The position numbers were made by a program, and so were the translations under genes. A DNA stretch of 64,000 bases from an uncultured Chloroflexia bacterium (GTDB lineage Bacteria > Chloroflexota > Anaerolineae > CG2-30-64-16): the NCBI GenBank assembly GCA_963774265.1, contig CAVZDU010000006.1, forward strand, positions 1-64,000, in the 5' to 3' direction. Of the stretch, positions 11,669 to 21,567 are shown in pieces (the stretch's first letter is position 1; each line of letters opens with the position of its first letter). The notes beneath the pieces were generated by a model. It had not been told where the DNA came from. It searched no databases and was given only the letters and a program-made list of their open reading frames with translations.

Positions 11669-12850
11669 TTAGCGGTAGCGACCAATCTCTTCCGCGAGCG
11701 GTGTCAGGAGCTCGAGTTTCCATGCCTCGACGCGCGGGGCCACCGAGCACGCGGTGCTCAGAATATACCCGCCGCCCGGCATGCCCGTGCGGATCCGATC
11801 GGTCGCGTGGGCAATGACTTCGTCTCGTGTCCTGGCGCGCAGCAGCACGACCGAATCCATATTGCCCTTCAGGAAGACCCGATGGCCAATCTGGGATTTG
11901 GCCGCTGCCAGCTCTGTGTTGCCGAGGGGCGGGGGATCCATGGTGTCGACGCCTTGGGTACCCGTCTCAAGCATCAGATCCAGGCGGTCGCCGATTCGCC
12001 CACAGGTGTGCGTGTAGACCGGTGTGCCGGTCGCCTTAACGGCCTCAGTCACCCGGCGCTCGAAGGGAATCACGTAGGTCTCGTACATGCTGCGGGACAG
12101 GAAGGGGCCGCCGGCGAACGCCGAGGAGATCAGAACGGCATCCACACCGTGCCGCGCCTGTGCGACTGCCCATGCAACCGATGCTTCGGTTAAGCGGTCC
12201 AATAGCGCGATGGCCTTCGCTGGATCGTTCAACATGTGCAGCAAGGCTTGCTCATAACCGAATAACTCGAGGAAGTGGGTGAACGGAGAGAATACCTCGC
12301 CGTGAACCGCGACGTCGTCACCCGCTTTCGCGCGGACAAGATCGAGTGCCCGCAAGAAGTAGGGCGGGATCTCCCGCAATAGCCCATGATCTGGTCGGCC
12401 GCTCAACCGGGGGAGGTGATACACGCCCCAGGTGTACCCGGTGAGAGCATCCAACTCGTCGAGGTGGTCCGGATCGATCGTGTAGAAATCGGCGCGCGGC
12501 GCCATCTCGCCGGCTGCATCCGTGTGGTACGGATTGTCATCCCACGGGCAGACCGTAATGTCGCCGTTTTTCCAGGTCAGTCGCTCGCCGTCGGGTCCGG
12601 CCTCGATGCTCGCCACCTGGTCCAGCAAATCGGGCGGACGACCGGGGATGTTGACCAGGATGCCATCGAACCGGTAGCGTCGCTGGAGCGTGACCAGCGC
12701 TGTGGCGAATGCTTCCGAGTCAAACCAGATTTCGTGTGGTGCGAAGTCAGTATTAAGAAAGTAGTGCCCAAGGGCAAGCTGGCACATCACAGGCACACGG
12801 TCCGGTTTCTGCATGGACATGGCCGCAGCCATTCGTTGTCGGCTGTTCAT
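11669..12850 (-). CDS. Uroporphyrinogen decarboxylase (URO-D/MtaA) family protein
   Basis: MNSRQR...PDRVPV start, YTHTCG, LKGNMD and [10 protein letters not shown]. Confidence 0.8.
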   Translation of the reverse strand: MNSRQRMAAAMSMQKPDRVPVMCQLALGHYFLNTDFAPHEIWFDSEAFATALVTLQRRYRFDGILVNIPGRPPDLLDQVASIEAGPDGERLTWKNGDITVCPWDDNPYHTDAAGEMAPRADFYTIDPDHLDELDALTGYTWGVYHLPRLSGRPDHGLLREIPPYFLRALDLVRAKAGDDVAVHGEVFSPFTHFLELFGYEQALLHMLNDPAKAIALLDRLTEASVAWAVAQARHGVDAVLISSAFAGGPFLSRSMYETYVIPFERRVTEAVKATGTPVYTHTCGRIGDRLDLMLETGTQGVDTMDPPPLGNTELAAAKSQIGHRVFLKGNMDSVVLLRARTRDEVIAHATDRIRTGMPGGGYILSTACSVAPRVEAWKLELLTPLAEEIGRYR

Positions 12851-12926
12851 CCTGCCTCCGCTCTCAAGCGCCGCCCCTGGCCAGGCGTCCCTTGTGCGGA
12901 GCATTCTACCATATGGAGGAAAACCG

Positions 12927-13855
12927 ATGCGACCACTGAGCAAAGTTGCTCCCGACTGGTGGGACTACACCACATTGGACCGGGCACTCCTGGACGAAGC
13001 CGCCCAGCTCGGTGCTGATGACCTTCTCGGCCTTCCGCGGCCGGGGTTCAGGGTGGTGTTCTACGACACGCTGGAGGATTTCTACCTGGCCGAGGCCCTG
13101 GAGTATATCAACGCCTGGCGCCAGGCGACGGCGCGCATGCGCCGGCCGGTATTTGCGGGCCGATCGGCCCCACCGAGCAGCTTCCGTTGGTGGCCCGGCT
13201 GGTTAACGAGTTGGAGATCGACCTGCGCCACGCTCATTTCTGGGGCATGGATGAATGGGTGGTGGATGGGCGTGAGGCGCCCATCGAACATCCGCTGAGC
13301 TTCCGCCGCGCCGACATGGAGCTGTGTTTCAACCGCATCCGCCCGGACCTGCGGATGCCGGAAGAAAACCTGCATTTCCCGGCAGTCGGTTCCACAGCAT
13401 ACCAGGAGAGCTGGAAGCACGCCCGCTGCCTGGTCATGCAGGGCGGCCAGGGTGAAGTGAAGCACTGGGCGTTCAACGATCCGCCGCGGCGCACGGGCGT
13501 CTACCGCGACGCACCGCCGTCGCCCGAAGAGTACCGCAAGCTGGCCACGCGAGTCGTTGAGCTCCATCCGATGACGCTGATCCAGAATGCCCGGACCTCT
13601 GGCGGCGGCGTGGTGCAAATGGTGCCCAGCCAGGCGCTGAGCGTGGGCCCGGCCGAGACGTGGCAGGCCGAAAAGGTCTCCATCTGGCAGGCTGGCAACC
13701 ACGACAACCCATTCGGCATGCGCCTGACGACCCTGATGATCTCCCAGCACACGCCCGATTCAGCGGTGCCGATGTCATTGCTGGCCGATCACCCGAACGT
13801 CCAGTTCAACTTCTACCGCCCTGGGATCGGCGTCTGCGCGGCCGAGATGCACTAG
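12927..13855 (+). CDS. Second glucosamine-6-phosphate deaminase/isomerase-like protein (frameshift near 13135)
   Basis: GGAGG RBS; [32 protein letters not shown] and [12 protein letters not shown]. Confidence 0.75.
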
Positions 13856-14566
13856 CTAAGCAGTGAGGGCGCGGACCCGCCGGCCCGCGACAACGAGCGC
13901 CAATCCCGCGGCCAACCAGGGGATCAACGCCGCGCCGCCTGTGACGGGCAGGGTCTGGGGCGGCTGCGATCCCTGGGCAGAGGCGGCCGGTTGAGGTTGT
14001 GTCTGAGCTGCCGGAGCTGTCGCGGGGGCAGGGGGCGGCGCGGCCGGGACGACTGCCGCAATCGGAGCATACGGGGCCAGCTCGCCCGCGCCGGGCCCGG
14101 CGTGCGCAATCCAGTAGCGGGCCTCACCCTGCGATGAGTTGGTTATTTGGATATGAAAGAGCACCTCAGGCCAGGTCACGGCCTCCCAGAACAGGCTGCC
14201 GTTGTTGATCAGGTCCTGGCTGTCACGCCACTCATCGAGCGTCCCCGGCGTACCCCGGCCAACCGGATCGACCGGCCAAATGCCTGCGCCCAGCGACCGC
14301 CACTGCTCGTCGGTGTAGACATTGATCGCAATCGAGTTGGCTGGATCGACGCCGAATGCAATGAGGGCCGCGTCACCATGCCCCGGATAGTGGAACACCC
14401 ACTCTACTGCCTGGCCGGGCGCCAGGGCATACCAGTTGTACATCCCGCCCGCAACACCACCGGTCTGTTGGGGCAGGCCGGCCGCGTAGGTTGGACTCAC
14501 GACGAGTAGAACCACACCCACCAACACGAGGGCCATTCTGGCCGAACGAGAAAATGAGTACGGCAT
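13856..14566 (-). CDS. Secreted protein with LPXTG sortase-type anchor
   Basis: N-terminal signal peptide; Pro/Ala linker; LPVTG followed by a hydrophobic helix and RRVR tail. Confidence 0.7.
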   Translation of the reverse strand: MPYSFSRSARMALVLVGVVLLVVSPTYAAGLPQQTGGVAGGMYNWYALAPGQAVEWVFHYPGHGDAALIAFGVDPANSIAINVYTDEQWRSLGAGIWPVDPVGRGTPGTLDEWRDSQDLINNGSLFWEAVTWPEVLFHIQITNSSQGEARYWIAHAGPGAGELAPYAPIAAVVPAAPPPAPATAPAAQTQPQPAASAQGSQPPQTLPVTGGAALIPWLAAGLALVVAGRRVRALTA

Positions 14567-14684
14567 AGTACAGGCTCCTGGCGAACAGACGATTCCGGAC
14601 CTCCCTGGTCCTGCCGGTCATTATACTCGCCCGGAGCCGCGATCGCAAGGCCCAATCCGCCTTGCAGCACCCCACGGGGGTTTT

Positions 14685-14894
14685 CTATCGCTGAACGGTG
14701 TAGCCCAGGTGCTGGATCGCCGCCATAATCTGATCCACGCTAACGACGCCATCGTCGAATTCGACTTCCATCTGCTGGCTTCTGTAACTTGCCCGGACGC
14801 GTTTCACGCCGGGCAGGTCGTCTTCCAGCCCTTCCAATCGCATCGCGCAGTTCGTGCAGTGCATATCCGTCACGCGGAAGATTTGCTTGACCAT
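14685..14894 (-). CDS. copZ: Heavy-metal-associated (CopZ-like) chaperone
   Basis: 69 aa with MHCTNC motif, downstream of the copA-like gene. Confidence 0.8.
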   Translation of the reverse strand: MVKQIFRVTDMHCTNCAMRLEGLEDDLPGVKRVRASYRSQQMEVEFDDGVVSVDQIMAAIQHLGYTVQR

Positions 14895-14905
14895 CTACCC
14901 GCCCC

Positions 14906-16045
14906 TCATCCGTCGAAGACGATGACGCCGCTGTACATGCCCATCGAGCAACTGTAGAAGAGTTTGCTGCCCGCAGCCTGGGGGGGGATGTCGATGACGA
15001 CCCTGCCGGTCGACGGAAGCATCTTTTCGACACCGAGCGATTGGATCACGAACGCCAGCGCACAAGTATAAGTCTCATTCGACACCAGTGACAGTTGAAG
15101 CGGTTGGTCGGGCTTGGCATGAGAAATTTTCGGACGGTAGCCGCTGTTCGCCACATTGATGGTGATCGCATTGCTCGCGGTCGCTGGGGGACCGAAGGCG
15201 CCGGTCAACTCGCCTGCACCCTGGGCCGGCGCCGCGTTTTGCGGCGGATCCAGGGCGGGTAATGGCTCCTCGGCGTGGAGTCGCGCCGAGGACGGCGCAA
15301 TGCCTGCGCTGGCTGCGGCCATCCGCAGGTTGGCGACGGAAAAAGGCCAGCCTGCCAGCGTAAGACCGCTGTCGATGGAGATCAGCCCCAGGACCAGCAC
15401 CATGAGCGCCACGATGCGCATGAAGTTCTTCTCCAGCCTGGCGCCGAGCCGTGTTGCCAGATACGCGACGGTGAAAAACACCGGGCTTGTCCCCAGCGTG
15501 AAGGCGAACATCATGGTCGCGGCCCTCACGGGATCCCCCACGCCCATCGCTACGGCCATCATAGCCTGGGTCACGCCGCAGGGGATGAGGACCGTGAGCG
15601 CGCCCAGGAACAGCGGCGTCACCGCACTCGCCTGGCCCTTCGCTTTCCGCCTGATATAGCGCGTGACAAACGCAGGCGGCTCGAGGGCAAAATAACGGAA
15701 AATGGGGTGGATATTGAGCATCCGGAGCGCCGTACCCACCATGAAAACCCCGATGGCGGCCAGCAAGATGGCGCGCATCGTTGGCGTCAGCTGTAGAACC
15801 GACCCCAGCAGCCCCAGCAAAAAACCCAGGATGGTGTAGGCGATCAGTTTGGCCGCCAGGAAGAGCAGGATCGGCCGGCTGGCACGCTGCTGCGCCGCCG
15901 GTTTTCCGCCCCGCGCAGGCTGGCCCTGGACCGACAACTCTACATCATGTGCGATGGAGCTGGCGAGCAAACCGCCCTGCACAGCCAGGCAGCTCAGTCC
16001 ACCCGTCGTCAAACCCGTGATGAAAGCCAGGACGATCTGATCCAT
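14906..16045 (-). CDS. TauE/DsbD_2-like membrane protein with C-terminal cupredoxin domain
   Basis: GGLSCLAVQGG, LIPCGVTQAM and C-terminal YSCSMGMYSG. Confidence 0.8.
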   Translation of the reverse strand: MDQIVLAFITGLTTGGLSCLAVQGGLLASSIAHDVELSVQGQPARGGKPAAQQRASRPILLFLAAKLIAYTILGFLLGLLGSVLQLTPTMRAILLAAIGVFMVGTALRMLNIHPIFRYFALEPPAFVTRYIRRKAKGQASAVTPLFLGALTVLIPCGVTQAMMAVAMGVGDPVRAATMMFAFTLGTSPVFFTVAYLATRLGARLEKNFMRIVALMVLVLGLISIDSGLTLAGWPFSVANLRMAAASAGIAPSSARLHAEEPLPALDPPQNAAPAQGAGELTGAFGPPATASNAITINVANSGYRPKISHAKPDQPLQLSLVSNETYTCALAFVIQSLGVEKMLPSTGRVVIDIPPQAAGSKLFYSCSMGMYSGVIVFDG

Positions 16046-16076
16046 AACCTAACGCTTGCCCCCTTCCCACACTTTC

Positions 16077-18575
16077 CTATCCAATCTTCTGCCCGCGCAG
16101 GCGCAGGCTGTTGCTGACCACGAACACGCTGCTGAAGGCCATCGCGCCGGCCGCCAGCATCGGGTTCAGATAGCCCAGCGCGGCCGCCGGGATCAGGATG
16201 ACGTTGTAGAAGAAAGCCCAGAACAGGTTCTGCCTGATCGTGCGCAGCGTTCTGCGCGAGAGCGAGATGGCGCGGCCTACCCCACGCAGGTCGCCGCTGA
16301 TCAGCGTGACGGGCGCGGCGGCCATCGCCACGTCGGCGCCGGTGCCGATCGCCAGCCCCACGTCGGCCTGGGCCAGCGCGGGCGCGTCGTTCACCCCGTC
16401 GCCGACCATCGCGACGACCGACTGCCCATTACGGGCTGCGGAGGCCTGCAACGCCTTCACCTGGCTGGCTTTCTCGCCGGGCAGCACCTCGGCAAGCACC
16501 TGATCCACGCCCACCCCTTCGCCGCCGCTGCCCGCAAGCTGGTGGGCAATTGCCTCCGCGGTGCGCCGGTTGTCACCGGTAAGCATGACGACCTGCAACC
16601 CCATGCGGTGCAGCTCGGCGATCGCCTCGGGTGAGCCATCCTTGATCGTGTCGGCCACCGCGATGACGCCCCGTACGGCGCCGTCGACGGCAACCAACAT
16701 CGCGGTCTTGGCCTCGGCTTGCAGCCGCCCGACCGCGGCCTCCAGGCCGTTGAGCACATGGCCGCGGCCGGCCATCATCCGCACGTTGCCGACGGCCACG
16801 CGCCGGCCATCGATGTCGGCCTCCACGCCATGCCCCACTTCCGCCCGGAACCCGTGAAGCTCGTCGAGCGAAAGGCCACGGACGGTCGCTTCAGCCCAGA
16901 TGGCCTCGCCCAGAGGGTGTTCGCTGCCCTTCTCCACCGATGCGGCCAGGCGCAGCAGCTCGTCCCCGGTCAGCTTCCCGTCCGTGATGATATCCGTCAC
17001 CGCGGGCTGCCCCTTCGTGATCGTGCCGGTCTTGTCGAGCACGACGACGTTCACCTTTCCGGCACGCTCCAGCGCCTCGGAGTTGCGGAACAGGATGCCC
17101 AGCTCTGCGCCCTTGCCCGTGCCCACCATGACGGCTGTCGGCGTAGCCAGCCCCATCGCGCACGGACAGGCGATGACCAGGACGGCCACCATGTTGACCA
17201 GCGCGCGCGTGAATGGGCTGATGTCGGCGTTGATCGGCAGCGGCGGGCCGAAGAAAAACCAGCCCAGGAATGTCAGGAGCGCCAACCCGATCACCGCCGG
17301 GACGAAGACCGCCGAAACCTGGTCGGCAAGTTTCTGGATCGGCGCCTTGCTGGCCTGCGCGTCTTCCACCAGGCGGATGATCTGGCTCAGCGCGGTCTCT
17401 TTGCCCACCTTCGTGGCCTCGAATCGCAGCAGGCCGAGCTTGTTGAGCGTCGCGCCGATGACCGGGTCGCCGGGGCCCTTCTCCACGGGCAGCGATTCGC
17501 CGGTGAGCATCGACTCGTCCACAGCCGACCGCCCCTCGACGACGACGCCGTCCACCGGGATCTTCTCGCCTGGGCGCACCAGCACCACGTCGCCGACCAG
17601 GACGTCATCCGTCGGGACTTCCATCTCTTGCCCGTTGCGCACCACGCGGGCGGTCTTTGCCCGCAAGCCCATCAGCTTCTTGATCGCCTCACTGGTGCGT
17701 CCCTTGGCCTTTGCCTCCAGGTATTTGCCCAGCTTGATCAGCGTGATGATGACCGCGGCGGTCTCAAAATAGACGTGTCCGGGGATCCAGCCGAAGGTGA
17801 TGGGCAGGCTGTAGAAGAACGCGGCCGACGAACCCAGGGCGATCAGCACATCCATGTTGGCCGAGCGGTTGCGCAGCGCCTTGAACGCGCCGACGTAGTA
17901 CTGCCAGCCGACATAGAACTGGACCGGGATCGCCAGCGCCAGGAGGAGCCAGTTGAACCACGGCTGCGCCTCACGCATCCCGACCATCGCTTGCTTTGGC
18001 ACATACAGGAAGGCCGGCAGCCACCCAAGATCGCGGCCCATCGAGAGCAGGAACAGCGGGATGGTGAAGGCCAGGCCGACGATCAGGAGCCGGCGTTGGG
18101 TCGCGATTTCGTGCTCGCGGGCCGCGGCCTCAGCATCTTGGGCATCGCCGCCCAACTCGACGGCCTCGAAGCCCAGCGCTGCCACAGCGCGGCGGATCTC
18201 CGCCTGGCTGACGACCGTCGGCACGTAGCGGACGCGCGCTTTCTCGGCCGCGTAGGTTACCTGGGCCTCGACCACGCCCTCCAGCTTGCGCAACGCGTTT
18301 TCGAGGCGCCGGGCGTCGTTGTCGTCGGCCAGCCGCTTGATGACCAGGTCGGCTTCGCCCGTCGCCACCCCGTAGCCCGCGCGCTCGACGCGCGCGATCA
18401 GATCGGCCAGCCCCAATTTGACCGAGTCGAACTCCACGCTGGCGCGTTCGGACGATAAATTGACGATCGATGCCTGCACCCCGTCCAGCTTCTTCAGATT
18501 GCGTTCGACCGAGGCGACGCAGTTGGCGCACGTCATGCCGGTGATGGGGAGGGTGAGTTGGCGGATTTCAGACAT
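16077..18575 (-). CDS. copA: Copper-translocating P1B-type ATPase
   Basis: GMTCANC, TGES, CPC, DKTGT, SEHP, GDGVND and YN motifs. Confidence 0.93.
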   Translation of the reverse strand: MSEIRQLTLPITGMTCANCVASVERNLKKLDGVQASIVNLSSERASVEFDSVKLGLADLIARVERAGYGVATGEADLVIKRLADDNDARRLENALRKLEGVVEAQVTYAAEKARVRYVPTVVSQAEIRRAVAALGFEAVELGGDAQDAEAAAREHEIATQRRLLIVGLAFTIPLFLLSMGRDLGWLPAFLYVPKQAMVGMREAQPWFNWLLLALAIPVQFYVGWQYYVGAFKALRNRSANMDVLIALGSSAAFFYSLPITFGWIPGHVYFETAAVIITLIKLGKYLEAKAKGRTSEAIKKLMGLRAKTARVVRNGQEMEVPTDDVLVGDVVLVRPGEKIPVDGVVVEGRSAVDESMLTGESLPVEKGPGDPVIGATLNKLGLLRFEATKVGKETALSQIIRLVEDAQASKAPIQKLADQVSAVFVPAVIGLALLTFLGWFFFGPPLPINADISPFTRALVNMVAVLVIACPCAMGLATPTAVMVGTGKGAELGILFRNSEALERAGKVNVVVLDKTGTITKGQPAVTDIITDGKLTGDELLRLAASVEKGSEHPLGEAIWAEATVRGLSLDELHGFRAEVGHGVEADIDGRRVAVGNVRMMAGRGHVLNGLEAAVGRLQAEAKTAMLVAVDGAVRGVIAVADTIKDGSPEAIAELHRMGLQVVMLTGDNRRTAEAIAHQLAGSGGEGVGVDQVLAEVLPGEKASQVKALQASAARNGQSVVAMVGDGVNDAPALAQADVGLAIGTGADVAMAAAPVTLISGDLRGVGRAISLSRRTLRTIRQNLFWAFFYNVILIPAAALGYLNPMLAAGAMAFSSVFVVSNSLRLRGQKIG

Positions 18576-18655
18576 AGTTGTGTTCCGTCCACTTCCGTAA
18601 GTTGTGCATTGGGATATTATGGCTGGACCCGCTACCTGATACCAGCGTAAAATGA

Positions 18656-18693
18656 CGCACGCACACCGCGCCAAATGGCGCGGTGTGCGTGCG
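18656..18693 (-). terminator. Perfect 18-bp inverted repeat, probable terminator of the cohesin operon
   Basis: CGCACGCACACCGCGCCA / TGGCGCGGTGTGCGTGCG, followed on the minus strand by TCATTTT; lies between the scaffoldin-like gene and copA. Confidence 0.6.
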
Positions 18694-18830
18694 CGGTGAG
18701 CGTGCGTCCCGGGTTGCCTGAACTGCGAGGGGAGATTGGATGCCTGGCGCCATCGACACGATGGACGCCTCGCTCACGCGGCGTCACCTTGCTCCGGTTG
18801 GTTCTGGAGCAAGGTGAGCACTATCGGGGG

Positions 18831-21533
18831 TCAGGGCGAGGTCCCTGGCACCAATGTGAACCCGAACCGGCCGGTCCGCCGGACTGAGTATTCGGACGAC
18901 CCGACGGCATTGACCGCGCGCACCAGGTAGTACCAGTTAGTGGCGCCGGTCGAACCGTTCGTGTGCGTGAACGTCGGTGTCGTTGGCTCACCGAGCAGCG
19001 TTCCGCCCGAAGTGAAGTACGGATTCGTGTTGCTGCCGTACACCTGGTACTTGATGATCGTCGTCGGGTTGTTTTTGACGTCCTCGGTCACGGCATCCCA
19101 CGCCAGGATGACATCGTTGCTTCCGCTCAACGAGATCGACGTCACGACCGGCGGCTTGGGCAGAGTGGGGATCGCAGTTGGCGTTGCGGTCGCAGTCGCA
19201 GTGGCGGTTGCGGTCGCCGTCGGTGTGGCGGTTGCGGTCGCAGTCGCAGTGGCGGTGCCGTCGGCGTCGGTGTGAAAGGGCATGCGACGTCCAAACGGCC
19301 ATGCCGTGCCGTAGACGCAATGGGGAGCTCAGTCGTTGAGACGAAGTTGTCGATGATCACGGTTAGCGGGGTGCTTACGCCGCACGCCAGGCTCGACAGC
19401 GGCGCGAAAACAATCTCGTAGACCTGCCCCGTGCCGCTGAAGCCTTGCTCTGCCAACAGGTTCGCGCGGATCGTCCCCGTGCCGGTTGGCGCAATGCAGA
19501 AGCCGCCGACAGCTCCCGCCATCAGGTCGCCGCGCAGGCGGCATCCCATCGCCTGTGCCACCGCCGGGTTGTAGCGGATGGAGAGGCTCGCCGCACCCAG
19601 ATCGGTCACCCCCTCGATCCACACCGGGACCGTTTGCGTGGTCCCCAGCGTGACGGTATAGACGCCGTTCGCCGCAGGTGGGCCGATGAGCACGCGGGGC
19701 GCGGTGATGGGATCTCGGATCAGAACCGTGCTGTCGATCGCTTGCCACGTGCGCGCCTCGCCGAGCGGCCCGGTCACGGCCTCAAGGGCCAGATTCAAGG
19801 GGCTGGATTGCCCGGTCACCGCCTGGGACATCGCCTCAAATGTCAACGTGAAAGGCGTCAGCGTGCCGGACAGGCCGTCGGCGGAGACCAGGTTAAAGCG
19901 GACAATCCCGCCGGCCACATCATGCTGTGCGTTGCAGTAGCCCATGAACGCAAGATCAGCCCCTGCCCGCAGGCACCGCGTCGGCCGCAGCACCGCGGGA
20001 TTGTAGCGCACCGTCCCGCTTAGGGCGCCCACCGCCTGATCGGGCGCGATTTGGAGGCTAATCGGCACATCCAGGCTTGCGCCGCCCGAAAGACGATACC
20101 CGCCAGCCGGCGCGCCCGTGAACTGCACCAGCACCTCGGCGCCGCCCGGCAATTCACCGTGTAGCTGAATCCGCCCGGGTTGGGTGCTGTAGGGCAGCAG
20201 ACTCCCCCGCCAAATTCGCGAAGTTGAAGACATCGAAGGTCAGGTTTGAATATCGGCCAGCATGCGCCTCCGGGTTGCGGCGGAAGGTCAAGGTCGCGAT
20301 ATCGGTGGTTGCTGCCAATGGTTCTGCGGCGAGCAAAGCCATGCGCACGATGCCCGGCTCGCCCGAGGGATTGCAGACCGCGTTCTGCAGACCAACCGAG
20401 AACTGGCAGGTCTCGGCGATCAGCACATTCGGGTCGTAGCGGATGCCCCAACTTCCTGCGGCCACCTCCGTTCCCCGATCCAGGAAGAGATGCACGGTCA
20501 CCCGGGCATCGCTGTAGAGATTTTGTGTCGCGGGCTCGATGCGGAGCAGCGGCAGGGCGGGGCCGGGATCCGACAAGACGTCGATCGAGTTGTTGCTCAC
20601 GCGAACGGGTATCGGCGCACCGGCCGGGGTGTTGAATGCCTCGAGGGTCAGGTTGAGGGGGCTGCTGCCACCGCCAACCGCCGTGAAGGCAATCTCGAGT
20701 GCCAGCACCGATCCGGACAGGCCCGTGGATGAAATCACATTGGCAGCTACATGGTCAGCATGCAACGCGCACGTCCCGAATCCAGGGCGGCATTCAAGCG
20801 GGCGGACGACCGCGGGGTTGAAGGCCAGGGAGAACGTGGCCGAGCCGAGGCCCGTGACCCCCGTCACCCAGATCGGGACGGTTGTGGTCAGGCCGCGGAT
20901 GACGCTGAAGGGCTTCGATTGATCGGGCGTGCCCACATAGACGATCGCGCCCGCGTTGATCGGCTTCAGGACGCGTATCGTGCTGCCGACCGACTGAGAC
21001 GTCATGTAGTTGCCGTGCGAGTCGGCCGCGCTCTCGATCAACGGTGTCACTGAGTTTATCTGGTTCAGTTTGGGGCTTGCGGCCGTCTCGAAGGTCAGGT
21101 CGAACAGGGCGGCCTCCCCCATAATTCCGGTATCTGGGCTGGCCAGGACATTGAATCGAACCAGGCCGTTCGCCTGGTCGTAGACGGGATTGCAGTAACC
21201 GCCGGGCCCATCGGGGCGCGCGACACATGCGGTCGGGCGCAGCTCGGTAGGGTTATACTGGATGAGCGCGGAGATGGCCGCGAGCGGCAGCGCGCCGCTG
21301 ACGTTGATCTTGATGGGCAGGGTGATGCTGCCGCCCTGGTGCACCTCGTAGGTATACGGCGCCGCGCCCACCGTCAGTGACACCTGGTAGGTCGCCTCCA
21401 GTTGAGCGGTGGAACGCAACGCCGCACTCGGGGCAATGAGGAGGAGCACGCTGATCAATGCGATGCCGAGCACGAAAGCCCGCGGACTTCCCGTGCGATT
21501 CAGGACTCCTCGTGATACGGCATGCAGTGCCAT
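18831..21533 (-). CDS. Secreted scaffoldin-like protein: 5 cohesin-like domains, PT/AT linker and FN3-like C-terminal domain (2 frameshifts)
   Basis: Joined from ORFs 20154..21533, 19142..20233 and 18831..19283; signal peptide; five repeats of the type VP(I/V)...(Y/F)(N/D)P..L...C...C...G.V.F....L.F. Confidence 0.75.
19168..19275. repeat. Thr-Ala/Thr-Pro linker repeat with a 36-bp-period duplication
   Basis: GTTGCGGTCGCAGTCGCAGTGGCG occurs twice and encodes TATATATATPT. Confidence 0.8.
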
Positions 21534-21567
21534 TGTGTTCCTCCTGTTTTGACCCTCAGGGCCGGAC

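Noticed and set aside
14668-14684. CACCCCACGGGGGT as a CsoR-like copper operator
   Set aside because: It lies downstream of the cop genes and lacks the TAC/GTA ends; too weak to call.
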